Made by a program: the position numbers and the translations under genes. DNA of 59,520 nucleotides from the NCBI GenBank assembly GCA_003427395.1, contig BFEA01000023.1:765618-825137 (forward strand), read 5' to 3'. Of the stretch, positions 34,801-47,464 are shown piece by piece. The stretch is from Chara braunii. Taxonomy: Eukaryota > Plantae > Charophyceae. Each line of letters starts with the position of its first letter. The first letter of the stretch is position 1. The notes beneath the pieces were generated by a model that was not told the DNA's origin, searched no databases, and worked only from the letters and a program-made list of their open reading frames with translations.

Positions 34801-37800
34801 GCTCACGAAAACTAGTTGCGTCGCTCACGCTGAACTGAGCCCATCCACACTCACTTCTCTCGTATGCTTGCACCGTAGTTGCCTGGCGCTCGAACAAGAA
34901 GCGCTTCGGAGACCAATCTTCTCAGGGGGTACGTATGAGATGATACGGGGCAGATTATACTGGTAAGTACTCAAGAAGCCACGGAGACCGGTTATTCTGG
35001 CGAGTCACAGAAGCTAGCCGCGGCTTATCAATCCGGTAGTGTTTTGAGCAAGAGCCGACGTACGCAGTCCGAGCACCTCCCATGCATTCATGCGCATCAT
35101 TCGTCACGGTCACCTCTCCAACTCATCACTCGCAGCAATCCAGTTGACATCACCACCTCCCACCAGCTCACTCATTCTGCTCTCTCCTCTTCTCCCTCCT
35201 TCTATGTTAATTGCCTTAGTACGCGTTAGCCTTCTGCTTCATGCCTAGCAGCTTCCATCCCAGAACCACCCTCGCCAACAGAGTCTCTCAGGAAAACGAT
35301 GCCTCGCACGATGACCGGACGAGTCACAGCGCGATGGCGCTTGACGTCAACAGCATACTCTCAGGCTCGCGCATCCTTCCCTGCGTCTCACTAGCACACG
35401 TTGACCGCTCCCTCTCACAGGACACGCCACCTGTCGCGCGTGAGCTCCTGCCACTCTCTCTACTTGTCTCTCAGAATAGCACGTGTTGACCCTCTCCGGA
35501 CGCTGCTCTCCTTACACGCGTCCTCTCCCCCTGTTTTTCTTCTCACCTGTCCCGTGGCCCCTCGGTGTGAGTTGTCGTGAGCTGGCCTCGGGTCCCTTTT
35601 CCACCGGCTCCGCGGCTCGGTGGTACCTCTGGATCTCGCCTGGCCTGATCCAGGACCTGAGGTCCGTCTCCCGGTCTGCCTCACTCATTTCACTTTCCGC
35701 ACATGAGTCTCTCTCGTTGTTCTGTTCCTCCCTTGTTTCGGTCCCAGTTGATGACTCGGTCTCGTGATAGATAACTGACACCCTCAAGCCCACGGTCACT
35801 CCGTCTCGCCTGCACGTTCGCTCCGCCCTGTCACGAGCTTCGGAAATGGCAGCCTGCAACCTCTGGTCACCTCGCATCTCCTCCTCTCCCCCCCCTTCTA
35901 TGCAGATCTTTAGTCAGACTACTTCTCCCCCGTCATAATTCAGGACCGTAGTGATCTGAGGGCCTTCATCCGATATTGGAACCCAGCGCACAGTGTGCCG
36001 CCAACAGTCAGGCCTATATCCTTGTAGCGCCATAGCCACTCTTTCTCAATGGTCAGCGCCAATGCTCAGTCCGCACTATCCCTGCTTGCAGCACCTAGCC
36101 AGGCTGAGTCCCGTGTGCCAGGAATTAAGACTTCAGCGCAATGCCATTACTCACACTCGAGGAGTGATAACGCTCCCCTCACGCACTTTTTGCTTCAGGA
36201 CCCAGAGGCAACCTGTTTTATAGAGCTCGGGGTGAGAGCGACCCCAGTGTACTAAAAGAGGGTTTTTCTGATAATGACTCAAATTTTATGAGTTAATAAA
36301 GTAACACAAAATTTAAATAAATCTTGAATAAGACCGACGGGAAACTTCAACCGCCCGTGCACAGTCAGGGCACTCGAACCCCTGTCGCGCCGGTCCCTAG
36401 ACTGTGCAACATGATCGAGGTCCGAATAAAAGGAGGAAAAAAAAATAGAGATCCCATAATGGGATACCAACGACCGTATTTTCCTATTGAAAACAGACCT
36501 CCGACCTACCCCTATCGGGTGCCCGTATCCGATGGCAAGGAGGGGGCTTATGACCCCATTCAGGTGTGATAAGCTTCCTACCAATGCGGCCGCGGGTCCC
36601 CCTCCACTTTTGAGGTTCTGCTGCACAGCGCTCTGTCGAGTGTGACAGCCGAAGAATAGTAGTGAAAAGTCGGCCCACCTAGACCACTAACTTAAACGGG
36701 CTCGATAATTTCTGCAACAAATCCCCTCATAGTTGGGAATCCTGTAAACTTAGAAAACATTTATTTATTTTTTTTTTTTTTTTATGCAACACCACCCATT
36801 TCACTTAAATGAACTGTTTGAACACGATCATAAGTAGTACCTACTAAAAAAATAAGCTAGCACCACTTCATCTTACACAAGTATCATCTCATACAAGTGC
36901 CTCAATCCCATTTCTGTACAAAAATAATGAACATAACAATTAGATATATCCAAGGCTATATGCTTAAAAAATATATATATTTTTTTAATTTGGTAAAGAA
37001 TTATGGTCATGTTTCGACTAATTTAATGGGGTTGATTATGACCACCATTTAGAAGACTCTTTCACCTTACACATGTATCATCTCATACAAGTGCCTCGTT
37101 CCCATTCTGTACAATAATAATGAACATAACAATTAGATGCATACAACCACACTTAAGCAGACGGCAAAATAAAATTTTGTCATTAATAATAATACTAATT
37201 ATAACAGTAATACATCAATCTGAAACGACGCGATATAGTGATTGGGACCGACAAATTATTCCCTGCTAAAGTACGTCGACCCAACTGCGGGTCAGGCCTC
37301 TAGTCCCTTTTTCTTTTTACTTTCCTTTATTTTTCTTTTCTTACCCCTTTTTGTTTTCTCTGCATAGTCTTCTCACTCCCGACAACGACTGAATGTACCT
37401 GACCCATAACCTGTACAGGGGCGCTTGGCGCGCAGTTGAAAAGACTGAGTCAGTCTTTTCACCTCCGCGTCCCAGGGCAGACCCAGCGGCTACCACGGTT
37501 ACTGGCCGGTTGTGCCCTGCTGTACAGCAGAGCGCCGAGCCTGCGTGGACCAATGGAAGGTCATGTGGCGCACCTTTTTGTCAAAGGCAACGTCACAGGA
37601 ACTGGTCCGCACCGAGGCACAACCAGGATACCAGGAACAACATGAGGTCCAGGACACGTCTATAGGCCGGAGCATCGGAGCGAGGACAGGTACCAAGCAG
37701 GGACTTGGTACACAGAGGAGGGCCGGGATACCGCGCCCTCCGACACCGCCCGTGCAAGGACCAAGAAAGGTCCGAGGGGAAAAAAAAAAAAAAAAAAAAA

Positions 37801-38224
37801 CCTATGTTATGAAGAAAAATGCACTTAACAACGTTTTCCTAAGGTTCATACCGAAATTCTTTACCAAACTTAAAATAAAAATAAAAAATATATTAGAATT
37901 TATCTATTTATCTATCTGTCTATATATGTTCTCATTATCTCGTTTTGGCCTTGCCAAGCAAGTGGATCCAATCACTTTTGCATTTTTAAGGTCCTAATCG
38001 CTTTATAATGCATCCTTGATCAATCGCTTTTGCATTTTTAAAGTCTTGGTCGCTGTATAATGCATCCGTTTCAACTTTCAAGTGTTAATCATTTGTTAGT
38101 TTCAAGCGTGATTGATCTGTTCCAAGTCGTAATAAATTGTTCATATATAGCAATGAGCTATTTAATATGTCTTTTGATCTTTGAGCTGACTCGTCGCCGA
38201 TGTAGAAGTGTATATACATATATC

Positions 38225-38882
38225 CAGGGTTGTCGGCGTTCGGGACGGGTCGAATACCCGAATCCGAATGCCCGAATGTTCGGCACCCACTCTGGACGCG
38301 TTTTGTCGTCCGGCCGAACGCACACCCCCCCTTAAAAAAAAAAAAAAAAAAAAAAAACCCTCGAAAAAAAATATATGTTACGCCGAAGAATAAACTAAAC
38401 AACATTTGCCTCAACGTAATATTCATATTATTTACCATTTGAAATGAAAATCAAATACTAAAAATAAATAATATAATGAAACTTAGAAAAAATCAAACGA
38501 GAATGAAATTATTGAATGGGTGAACACGTTTTTGACACCGTCATCTTTGTCGGTTTGTCATCTTTTTTTTGCTGTGACAAATGCCATGAAATTTGTATAT
38601 GTGTATCTTACACAATAGAGAATCCAAATAAGTTTGAAAAACAAATTAGTGAGTGGGCAAGCAAGTTTTGACACCACCATCTTTGCCACTTTTTTTTTTT
38701 TTTTTTGTGAAAAAAGTGGCTTAAAAATTCGGAGGGAGAAAATCAGGAAAAAAATAATAATAGTTATGTGCCAAAATATGTTTTTGCGGGGTCCAAACCC
38801 CTTCAGGTTCACGTCCTGTACGGGGCCCCGAACGTTCGAGGTTCAGCTTAAGGGCCTCCTTACGTCCGACCTGGCAACCCTG
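38225..38882. mobile_element. Putative hAT-like non-autonomous element/MITE (658 bp)
   Basis: Terminal inverted repeat CAGGGTTG...CAACCCTG, subterminal ccgaa/ttcgg motifs, and an imperfect 8 bp flank match (catatatc / tatatata). Confidence 0.5.
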
Positions 38883-39115
38883 TATATATATGTATCTGTA
38901 TATAAATATAATATTAAATATATATGTATCACGATTGGAATATTCAGTGTAACGATTTCTATTGCGCTGCGTACACATATGGTTGTACAGATCCATACTC
39001 ATACGCTACTCATATGGGGTTGTCGTACCTTGCCCACTGTTTTTTTAATGGCTATATCCAATATTTTTATCGATTAAATCTAGTCCCTTGATAATAAGAG
39101 TAAAGAAAAATACAA

Positions 39116-39350
39116 AAATGTGTAGGCGTGTGGATGCTTTGTGTGTGTGGTATGTGACAGTGGTGGTGTGTGTGTTTCTGTCGATCGCACACAAACACTG
39201 TGACACATAATTGGAAAAAAAAAAACCCTACAACGACATAATGTTGTTGTGTGTGTTTATGCGTCTTAATGTTTGTGTGTGATCGAAAAAAACACACACA
39301 CCACCACTGTCACATACGACACAAACAAAGCATACACGCACCAAACATTT
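39116..39350. repeat. Foldback/MITE-like inverted repeat (~80 bp arms, ~70 bp spacer)
   Basis: 39116..39197 is the near reverse complement of 39270..39350. Confidence 0.8.
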
Positions 39351-39374
39351 CGACCGGTCAAATACAAAGGTCCT

Positions 39375-39684
39375 TTAGGGCCTAAATTTCCCATGTTGTA
39401 CTAAATTACTTACAGAGGTATACACACTTTAGGAATACCTCAGGATATACACCCATTCAAACAACTTCAATTACAAAAGGAAAAAACATGAAAATTTTTC
39501 TTCTGTTAAAATCGGAGAACTTGTGAATGAAATGCGGCTTAAAATTTCCAAACACAACACGATTATAGAGCCAAATGGAATAAGCTGGTCCTAAAATCAT
39601 TCCAATGGCTGCTAATGTTGCCACGTTGGTTGCAGTTTGATAAACATCTACTAAAATAAAAAAACTCACCAATAAAGCTACTAC
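39375..39684 (-). pseudogene. nad4: NUMT: nad4 3' end, copy 3
   Basis: FILV..YQ...NVATLAAIGMILGPAYSIWLYNRVVFGNFKP; premature stop. Confidence 0.88.
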
Positions 39685-39704
39685 CGATCAAATACAAAGG
39701 CCCT

Positions 39705-39992
39705 TTAGGAGCCAAATTTCCCATTTTGTACTGAATTACTTAGAGAGCTATGCGTACACTCTAGGAGTACCTCAGGATAAACACCCATCCAAACAACCCC
39801 AATTACAAAAGGTAGAAACATTAAAAATTCTCTTTTGTCTAAATCGGAGAACTTATGAATGAAATACGGCTTGAAATTTTCAAACACAACACGATTATAG
39901 AGCCAAATGGAATAAGCTGCTCCTAAAATCATTCGAACGGTTGCTAATGTTGCCACGTTGGGCGCAACTTGAAAAACGCCTACTAAAATCAT
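39705..39992 (-). pseudogene. nad4: NUMT: nad4 3' end, copy 4
   Basis: ILVGVFQVAPNVATLA..MILGAAYSIWLYNRVVF...WMGVYPEV..ECTHSS.SN.VQNGKF. Confidence 0.88.
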
Positions 39993-42900
39993 TTCTTTTT
40001 TTTCCCCCAATTAACCCTATTTTATTTTTATTTATTTTTTCTCGTATTTTACTAATAATTTGGGGTTGGCAATCGGAAAAATATTGCTTGTCTGCCAATG
40101 TTACATACATTTCCAGATTCTTTTATTTTTGTCATCGCCCCTCCCTCGTACAGAATGTACGTGGTCACATACAGAGTTACGCAAGTGTTATATTTGTACG
40201 TTTGTATGTAAATGCCTCGTACATATACCGTGATGACTTTATCAACAATCGATGAATCATTCATAGTAAATTGTTGTTTATCTCACCTTGAAAGGCTGGT
40301 CGAGTGTTTTTGCAACATTATACAAAATCTAAACCTCATATAGTCTGTTTAGGGATAGAGTACATTACGGAGACATGGAATGGTTGGAAGATCGCCTTCC
40401 TCCGATTCAAGTGTAATAAGATTCCTTAACCGATGCTTCATTTTTTCTTAGCTATTGGAATGGTTGCAAAAATCTTTCCGACTTTCGAAGGATAGTTGTA
40501 TTAAACCATCGCTACTTTCAAGCCTTTCTGTCGAGCTGGAAAAAAATTGAGTTCCGAAGGGCTAGCAAGTTATTTTTGACCCGTTCTCTTCTCCACCAAC
40601 CTTTCTGAGGTAAAATGCCGCATTGAAAAGTATCTCGACTACGACTACATCACGCAACATTGGGTTTGGTTTTCGGTGTAGGGATTCTAGGATTACATTT
40701 AAAATTCAGTATGATCCAAGTTATTTCGGAAGGTTAGTATATTGTTTCTGACCCGCTTTCTTCTCCATCAACCTTTATGAGTTAACATGTCGTATTTGAA
40801 GGTATTTCGACTACGACTACACGCAACATTGAGTTTGGTTTTTTGTGTAGGGATTTTACGATACCAGTTAAAATTCAGTCCGATCCCTCTATTTGCAAAC
40901 GTTGGGTATTGGAATTATGCAAGGAGTTACTGTGTGTTGAACTCACGTATGGTAAGGTGGTTATTTTTATTTCAAAATGAATCAGATTTTCTCATAGAAA
41001 CAAAAGTGTGTTTAAGATTTGCTGGTTACTATCGATTGTTTGCTAACAGTTCAAAATTAATCAGTATAAGATTTGTTGATTAACCACCAATTGTTTGCTA
41101 AAAGTAGTTTCGGAGATTGTGTATGTTATGAGGTCATAGTTGATTTCCTTAAGGTACTCATAAAAAAATTACATTTTGGAAAGCATGAACCCAAATTTTT
41201 TAGGCATACAAATTTCGGGACGAGAACTTGTGATGCTAGGGGACCTCATTCTCGACTCCCCTTTCTCTTCCTACCCCTACCTTCCTTCCAATAACCTATA
41301 TACCCCATTTTTTCACTCCATGCGTCTTCCAATGCTCTGTCTATCTATTCCTTTTTGTGTCATTGATCTCTGAATCAGTTTTTATTTGAATTCCCAACCT
41401 GCTTTCTTTAAATTTTGCTTTACCTCTACACCCCTCTCCCTTTTGCCACGCATTGTCCTTGCAACCCGAAAGCTTCATTTTTTTTTTTCCCCCCTCTTTG
41501 CTTTTTAAATTCTCATGGTGACCTCGAACAGAAAAATTCCCACAAAAATTGAAAGATGAAAGAATATTTATAAAAAATAAAATAATTCATATTTAAAAAT
41601 TATCATTGTCCTTGCAGCCCGATTACTTCATTTTTTTTGTTTTCCCCTCTTGGCTTTTTGAATTCTCATGGTGACCTCAAACATAAAAATTCCCACAAAA
41701 ATTAAAACATGAAAAAATATTTATACAAAATGAAATAATTCATTTTAAAATTTATAATTCAAGAGTTATGCGAATTCTAAAATTTCCAGTTTTATTTGAC
41801 AAGTTTTGGTATAAAAATGAGTTATCTAAGTTGTATCCTGTGTAGCACACCAAACATGTTCGAAGCTTTTCCGAATGTCCGAACATGTTAGGGTGTTCGG
41901 CCGAACGCCTACCGAACGTGTTCGGTCGAACATATTAAAAAAATAAAATAAAAAATTAGTTTTTAATTTTGAACTCGAATTTGGTTATGAATTTGAGCAT
42001 ACCTACTCGGTAAAAGTTGTTTGTATTATTATTTTACATAATATATATATATTTTTGTTTTTTTTAAATATTTTTATGTTCGTGTTTGGATGGTTTTGGC
42101 GCTCCTTAGCGTTCGATCACGAACGTTCGAACACGAACGTTCGAACACGATGCTACACAGGTTAACATTATGAGATGTCGAAATTATTTATTATTATTAT
42201 TATTATTTTATGTTTTGATGTTCGCGTTTGGATGGTTTTGGCGCTTGTTAGCGTTCGGTCACGAACGTTCGAACACGATGCTACACAGGTTAACATTATG
42301 AGATGTCTAAATCATTTATTATTTTATTTTTTTTTATGTTCTTCTTTCAAATTTTTTTTCGCCTTTCACTACCTTCCTACCACTACTCCTAAGACTATAT
42401 AGAGGGGACCCCTGCAAGCATAGGGCCTCACAAACGAGGTAATTCATGTTGCCCCCTGCCCCAACAGCGGTAGTCAGAGATGGGGTGGGGCCGCTGGTGG
42501 GGGTCCGGCTAACGCAAAGACCGAGCATTTTGCCAGTAGCTGCGCCTTCCTTTCTCATCGTCCCCCAACCCTCATCGAGTACTAGCAGCAGAGGCTATGG
42601 CCAACACTCTCCCACACACCACACACAACCCACTCGCATTCACAATCACACCCGTGTTGGTGATAGACCCCGCTAATACCGATCAGGGGTATTCAGAGGA
42701 CTATCACAGTCCGTTGGCACTAAGTGCGCCGCAGGCGGCCACGGGACTTGAACCCAGAACCTTCTGAATGCCACTTGCATGCCTAACCAACTCAGCTAGG
42801 CCGCTGGATACCACAATAAATATCTTCTAATTTAGAGTGGATTAACCAATTTATGATTGAAACATCTTATAATCGAATGGTAGTCCAATTAAAATATTTT

Positions 42901-44229
42901 ATGAACTCATCCAGACTTTCATTCCATCTCCAGCATGCTGTTTGAACAAGAAGGGGTACCACAGGAAAGTTTCTCAGTAAGGCGAAAAAGTGGAATAACA
43001 TTTTTTAAGATTGGATGTCTCTCCAAAGTTAGGAAAAAGGTGATATTCTTCACACCTAAGTTCGTTCTTCTGCAGCAACGGGGCTCGTCGCATGCCAAAC
43101 GCCAGCACTTAACTAGAATGCATGGCCGCACACATTACCTAACTCTGCACGTTTATTCCCCATCAAAGCATGTCGAACTCGAGGAGTAGCGAGCATTGAC
43201 TGAATCTGACTGCTTCAAGTTTGGAGATTCCCCCGCCTGCAACAGCACCCTAGTGGAGTTACCTCTTCGGCAGAAAATCACAAAAGGTGGCTGTGCCTTG
43301 TCTAGGCCGAGCACTCCGTGCCTTCTATGGCCTTATGGCGGATCTCCAGTGAGCAATAAAACAAAATCCTCTGAAGACCTTCAAAACTTCAGCAGGCGTT
43401 TGTGATTATCCATCGAAACGAGCCGTTTGGACTTTCTGGAACTTAGCAGCCCGCTTTCCTCAACGGATATGACCGGTGATAAGGCTAGATTCCTTCACAA
43501 AGTGGATCGTGCACTACTGGACATAACTCGACAAAGTTTCACAATCAAAACACTATGTTGCTGGGTGCATGAACTTGATCAAGCGCGTGTGTCAGTAACA
43601 GTGTGACACCCAAATTGAATAACCAAATATCGCTGCGTGGGCCGTGGGCTGTGGCACCATCAATTGTTGCTTTTTTTTTGGGGGGGGGGAGGGAGGGGAG
43701 GGGGTGGCATTGTTTATTCAACTTTATTGTGTTTGGTGCTCACCATGTAAGTTAGGGGCTTGGCGAGCGGTGTGCTGAGCCTCAATTTCACTTTCGGGCC
43801 GAAGTTGGGTAATGGTCCCAGTGCAATATATATGCGCGGACTTGCGAGGTCCGCGCCCCCTGTTTGAATATATTCACAAAAAGAAAGATGTAACAGTTCC
43901 GTTCTTTGAACTTCTTTCCCAAAAAACTTTTATTTTTATTTTTATTTTTATTTTTACAATGAAACTTGTTTTGTTGCTTGCTGCACAAACTTGCCGCTGG
44001 TCAGGTGGAAATTGATGGAGAGCATATAAAGCTAGGAGTCTAGGACTTTTCCAACCGGTTACTAGACTTTCTGGATGTAATTGCAGTCGGATGCATCAAA
44101 GATGAGCCGTGATTGCAGGCAGGTACATCTACTAGGACAGGTGGTCATTGCAGCCAGGTGCATCTTGGAAAGCACCAGTGCAACTTGAGCTATTTTAGTA
44201 AATGTCTTGAGTCTTGAGTCTTGTGCGAA

Positions 44230-44329
44230 TCCTATTTTAGGTAATCCGTTAAAATTGGAGCGACACAGAGAAGATTGATTAGCATGGCCCCTGCGCAAGA
44301 ATGACACGCATAAATCAAGAAATGGTCCC
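44230..44329 (+). pseudogene. U6: U6 snRNA pseudogene, copy 2
   Basis: Same U6 match and 4 nt duplication as 8622..8721, followed by an A-rich tail. Confidence 0.9.
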
Positions 44330-45702
44330 AAAAAAATAGAAAAAAAGGTCACCTCTGCACTGCATTTCGAGCTATTTTCAGTAATATCAGCAGCACCAAA
44401 TGATGGGTGGATATCACGACAGGCATGGATCCACTTCTGTACACCGTGCCATGGCTGTAGTGGTTAAGAAACTGGGCTCTTGAGGCTCAGGCCGCCGGTT
44501 CGAATCCGTGCGTGCATGGAGGACGTCCGAGACTGATAACAGGCTGTACTATAGCACAGCAACCGGCCTGGAAATCAGACCAGTATGGTGGTGGCCCATG
44601 GGTAAAGCCCCATGGTTAAAGCCCCATTGGAAAAGCAGTCGTTGCTGGATGGGAGCAGAGTGAGCGAGAACTGCCTGTGTGGCAAATGGCTGAGTGTGGC
44701 GTTGACCGTGTGCCACTGTGAGTGTGAGGTTGGACACTACAGCCATGCAGGGATAGACTTAAAGTTCATATAGTGAGTAGTGAGTCGTGAGTAGTGAGTC
44801 GCCATGTCCCTCCCTTTGTGGACAATGTGATGGCTGTAGTAGTGGTTAAAACACTTGGCTCGTGAGGCTAAGGACCTAGTACGGTCGCTGAGTTCAAATC
44901 TCTGCATGCATGGGGAGGGTCCAACGCGGATAAAAGAGCAGACTATCTTTCTGGTAGCTATCTTAGTATCTTTCTTGCAGCCACGCACAGTCTACTGTGC
45001 ATTTAACGACCTTTGGATATCATGTTTGAGCTAACCAGCCCACAGTCAATTCAGAGTTATCTTTCTGGTAGCTATCTTCTTTCTTGTAGCCACTCCCACT
45101 CTACTCAGTCTATTGTGCATTTCGAGTTTTTTTTTTTTTGTGTGTTTTTGGTCAAGGGTGACGGCCTTGGGATATCATGTTTGAACTGACCAGCCCGCAG
45201 TAAATTCAGAGTTACTTTTCACTGTTTTCGGTCTATCATGTTTGAACCGACCATCCCACAGTAAATTCAGAGTTACTTTTCACTGTTTTCAGTCATCTCT
45301 TCTGCCTCCATTGGAATTCGAACTCAGGTCTGTGGTTCAACAGTTCATGGTGTGCCAACTGAGCTAGGCCAGTTGGCTCTTAACTTTTTGTCACTTTTTG
45401 AGCTCAGCCTGTTTTTAGCAACGTACTAACATCACAGCACACTTGTTCAAATTTGGACAATGACCCTCCCCTTCCCCGCTGATCCCCATGCTTTTTTGTC
45501 TTAAATTTTTATTATTATTTTTTAAACTTTTGTTTGATTTTCATAATAACTGTGTTCACCACTGGACCATCCACTGGCAGTGGATCAATACCCCCATTCG
45601 CCCGAATTTTCATATTCCGTACCCCCATGCTATATCCTGTACAACCTGGACAGAGTAACGTTCCACTCCCTGTCTGGATTTGCCTTAGAGGCATACACCT
45701 GC

Positions 45703-45746
<44 letters not shown>

Positions 45747-45773
45747 ACCAGATATCAGTTTGAGATATCTGGT

Positions 45774-45832
<59 letters not shown>
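45703..45832. repeat. Palindrome (CT)n-gtgcaccagatatc / gatatctggtgcac-(AG)n
   Basis: Inverted repeat centred near 45760; absent from copy 1. Confidence 0.9.
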
Positions 45833-45834
<2 letters not shown>

Positions 45835-47029
45835 AGTTTGACTTCTCCAGAAGTCAGACGTTCTTTTTTCTTGGGGGGGAAGGGCGGGGGGGGAGTGGGG
45901 GAGGAGTTGGGAGAAGTCAAAGAGAGTTGAAATTATATCCAGATACGATTCCGAGAGAATGTGGGGACCATGAAGAGTGGGCAAGTGGGGGAGGAGAGAA
46001 GAGGGAGGAGGGAGGAGGGAGGAGGGAGGAGGGAGGAGAGGAGAGGAGAGGAAAACCAGCTTTGTGACTGCGAGGGGGGAACATTTCCCTCGTGAGTCCT
46101 GACATGCAAATCACTCTTAAGCACAAATAGTGAGACTTACTGCAACTCGGCCGGAAGACATTCCGGCTCTCATCACAACTTTATCCCAATGCACTATAGA
46201 ACGTACGGTATGTATGCGCCTGCATTTGGGCCAACTTCAGTCTAGATACAACGATAATGACCCTACGTTAGTTCTATTCGGAGGAGACGATAGAGAGCAC
46301 TTGCTGTATAGTTCTCTTCTGATTTCTCAGGAACATGAAGATTCACTGAAACGAATGTCCGCGCTGAGGCGTGCTCCCTGCTCAAAGTCAAAAGTCAACG
46401 TCATAGTGATGACTCAAGATTCAAGAGTCAAGAGTCAATTAAAAATATATTTATTTATTCCAACTCAGCAGGACCCTAGCAGCACTCGGATCCTGTAAGA
46501 AAAAAGAAATGGGGGCATGGGGCCCTAACCTTGTGCCGCTGCCCCTAATCTAAATCCATCAGGGGAAAAAAAAAACAGTAGATGGGGCAGAAGCCGCAGA
46601 ACCTGCAGAACCAAAAAAAGGTAAAGCACTCTGCCTCAACTGCGTTGGCTATAATGTTACAAAGTTAGGATGACTAGGTGCAACCTTCTCCCCCATTGAC
46701 AGCCAACAGCTGTCATCATTTACCTCAGTCACTGTCGGCCCACGGCTTGCATTTACGGCGGTCATTACGGCTGTCACTATAGCTTCTGTGTTGGTGAACC
46801 GCAAGATGACGATGCTGGATCCGGTTTCCAGCAGGTGTGGCTCCCCACCAATAGTCTATTAATAGATTGGAAGCACCTGGCCTGGCTACTAGGGGGAGAT
46901 GCACACATCACTCCTCCTAAGGCTCCTAGTAGTGGGGCAGGGGTTTCCAAAAAAAAAAATTAAAAAAAAATAAAGATGATGCGGTTGACGAATCACTCCT
47001 ACAACGAAACCTCCTGTCTGTTCAAAACA

Positions 47030-47095
47030 TGTTTCTAGCACTTCAACTACGGTTTCTAGCACTTTAACTACGGTTTCTAGCACTTTAACTACGGT
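47030..47095. repeat. 21 bp tandem repeat x3
   Basis: gtttctagcactt.aactacg occurs three times. Confidence 0.85.
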
Positions 47096-47139
47096 AACTA
47101 CCCCTTCCCATGGAACGGAGGAAATGAAATCCGAAGTCC

Positions 47140-47219
47140 GGAGCTTGAACCCACGTGCAATCTTGTTGTAGTATGTTGATTTCACAAACCAATGTCTTCA
47201 GCCACTCTGCCAGCATACC
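47140..47219 (-). pseudogene. Degenerate tRNA-like sequence (long-variable-arm type)
   Basis: Minus strand TGGCAGAGTGG (A box) ... GTGGGTTCAAGCTCC (B-box-like). Confidence 0.35.
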
Positions 47220-47464
47220 TCCTCGCGGAGTCTCGGGAAAAAAAAAAAGACCGCAGGATTTGAACCCCCGACTACCTTCTTCGCCCGAATAAAACGCCCG
47301 GTCATTGCTGCTGCATCCGGTCTGAAAGTTGGCCCAAATCCAGCCATAATGACCGCGGGCGTTCTATTCGGGTCGGTAGCATACAAAGGATGCTGATCGC
47401 ACAGAAACCTGGCTGCATGCTGCTCGCTATGCTTGGACCTGGGTTTAGGAAACAGCAGTCTAAA

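Larger units (their letters stand above)
10768..37745 (-). mobile_element. Giant full-length Ty3/gypsy LTR retrotransposon (26,978 bp), non-chromovirus-like, coding region decayed
   Basis: Two long direct repeats ending TGTCG...CGACA; PBS beside the upstream LTR; gag-PR-RT-RH-INT order; the flanks rejoin into an empty-site sequence with a 4 bp duplication (ccgg/ccgc). Confidence 0.95.
29524..37745 (-). repeat. 5' LTR (8,222 bp)
   Basis: tgtcgga...tccgaca 7 bp terminal inverted repeat; colinear with 10768..18354, with extra segments at ~29626..29851 and ~36704..37145. Confidence 0.93.
38906..46134. repeat. Segmental/tandem duplication copy 2
   Basis: Colinear with 1..10484. Confidence 0.95.

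Noticed and set aside
46130-46498. 122 aa plus-strand ORF at the duplication boundary
   Set aside because: Non-ATG start and no recognisable motif.
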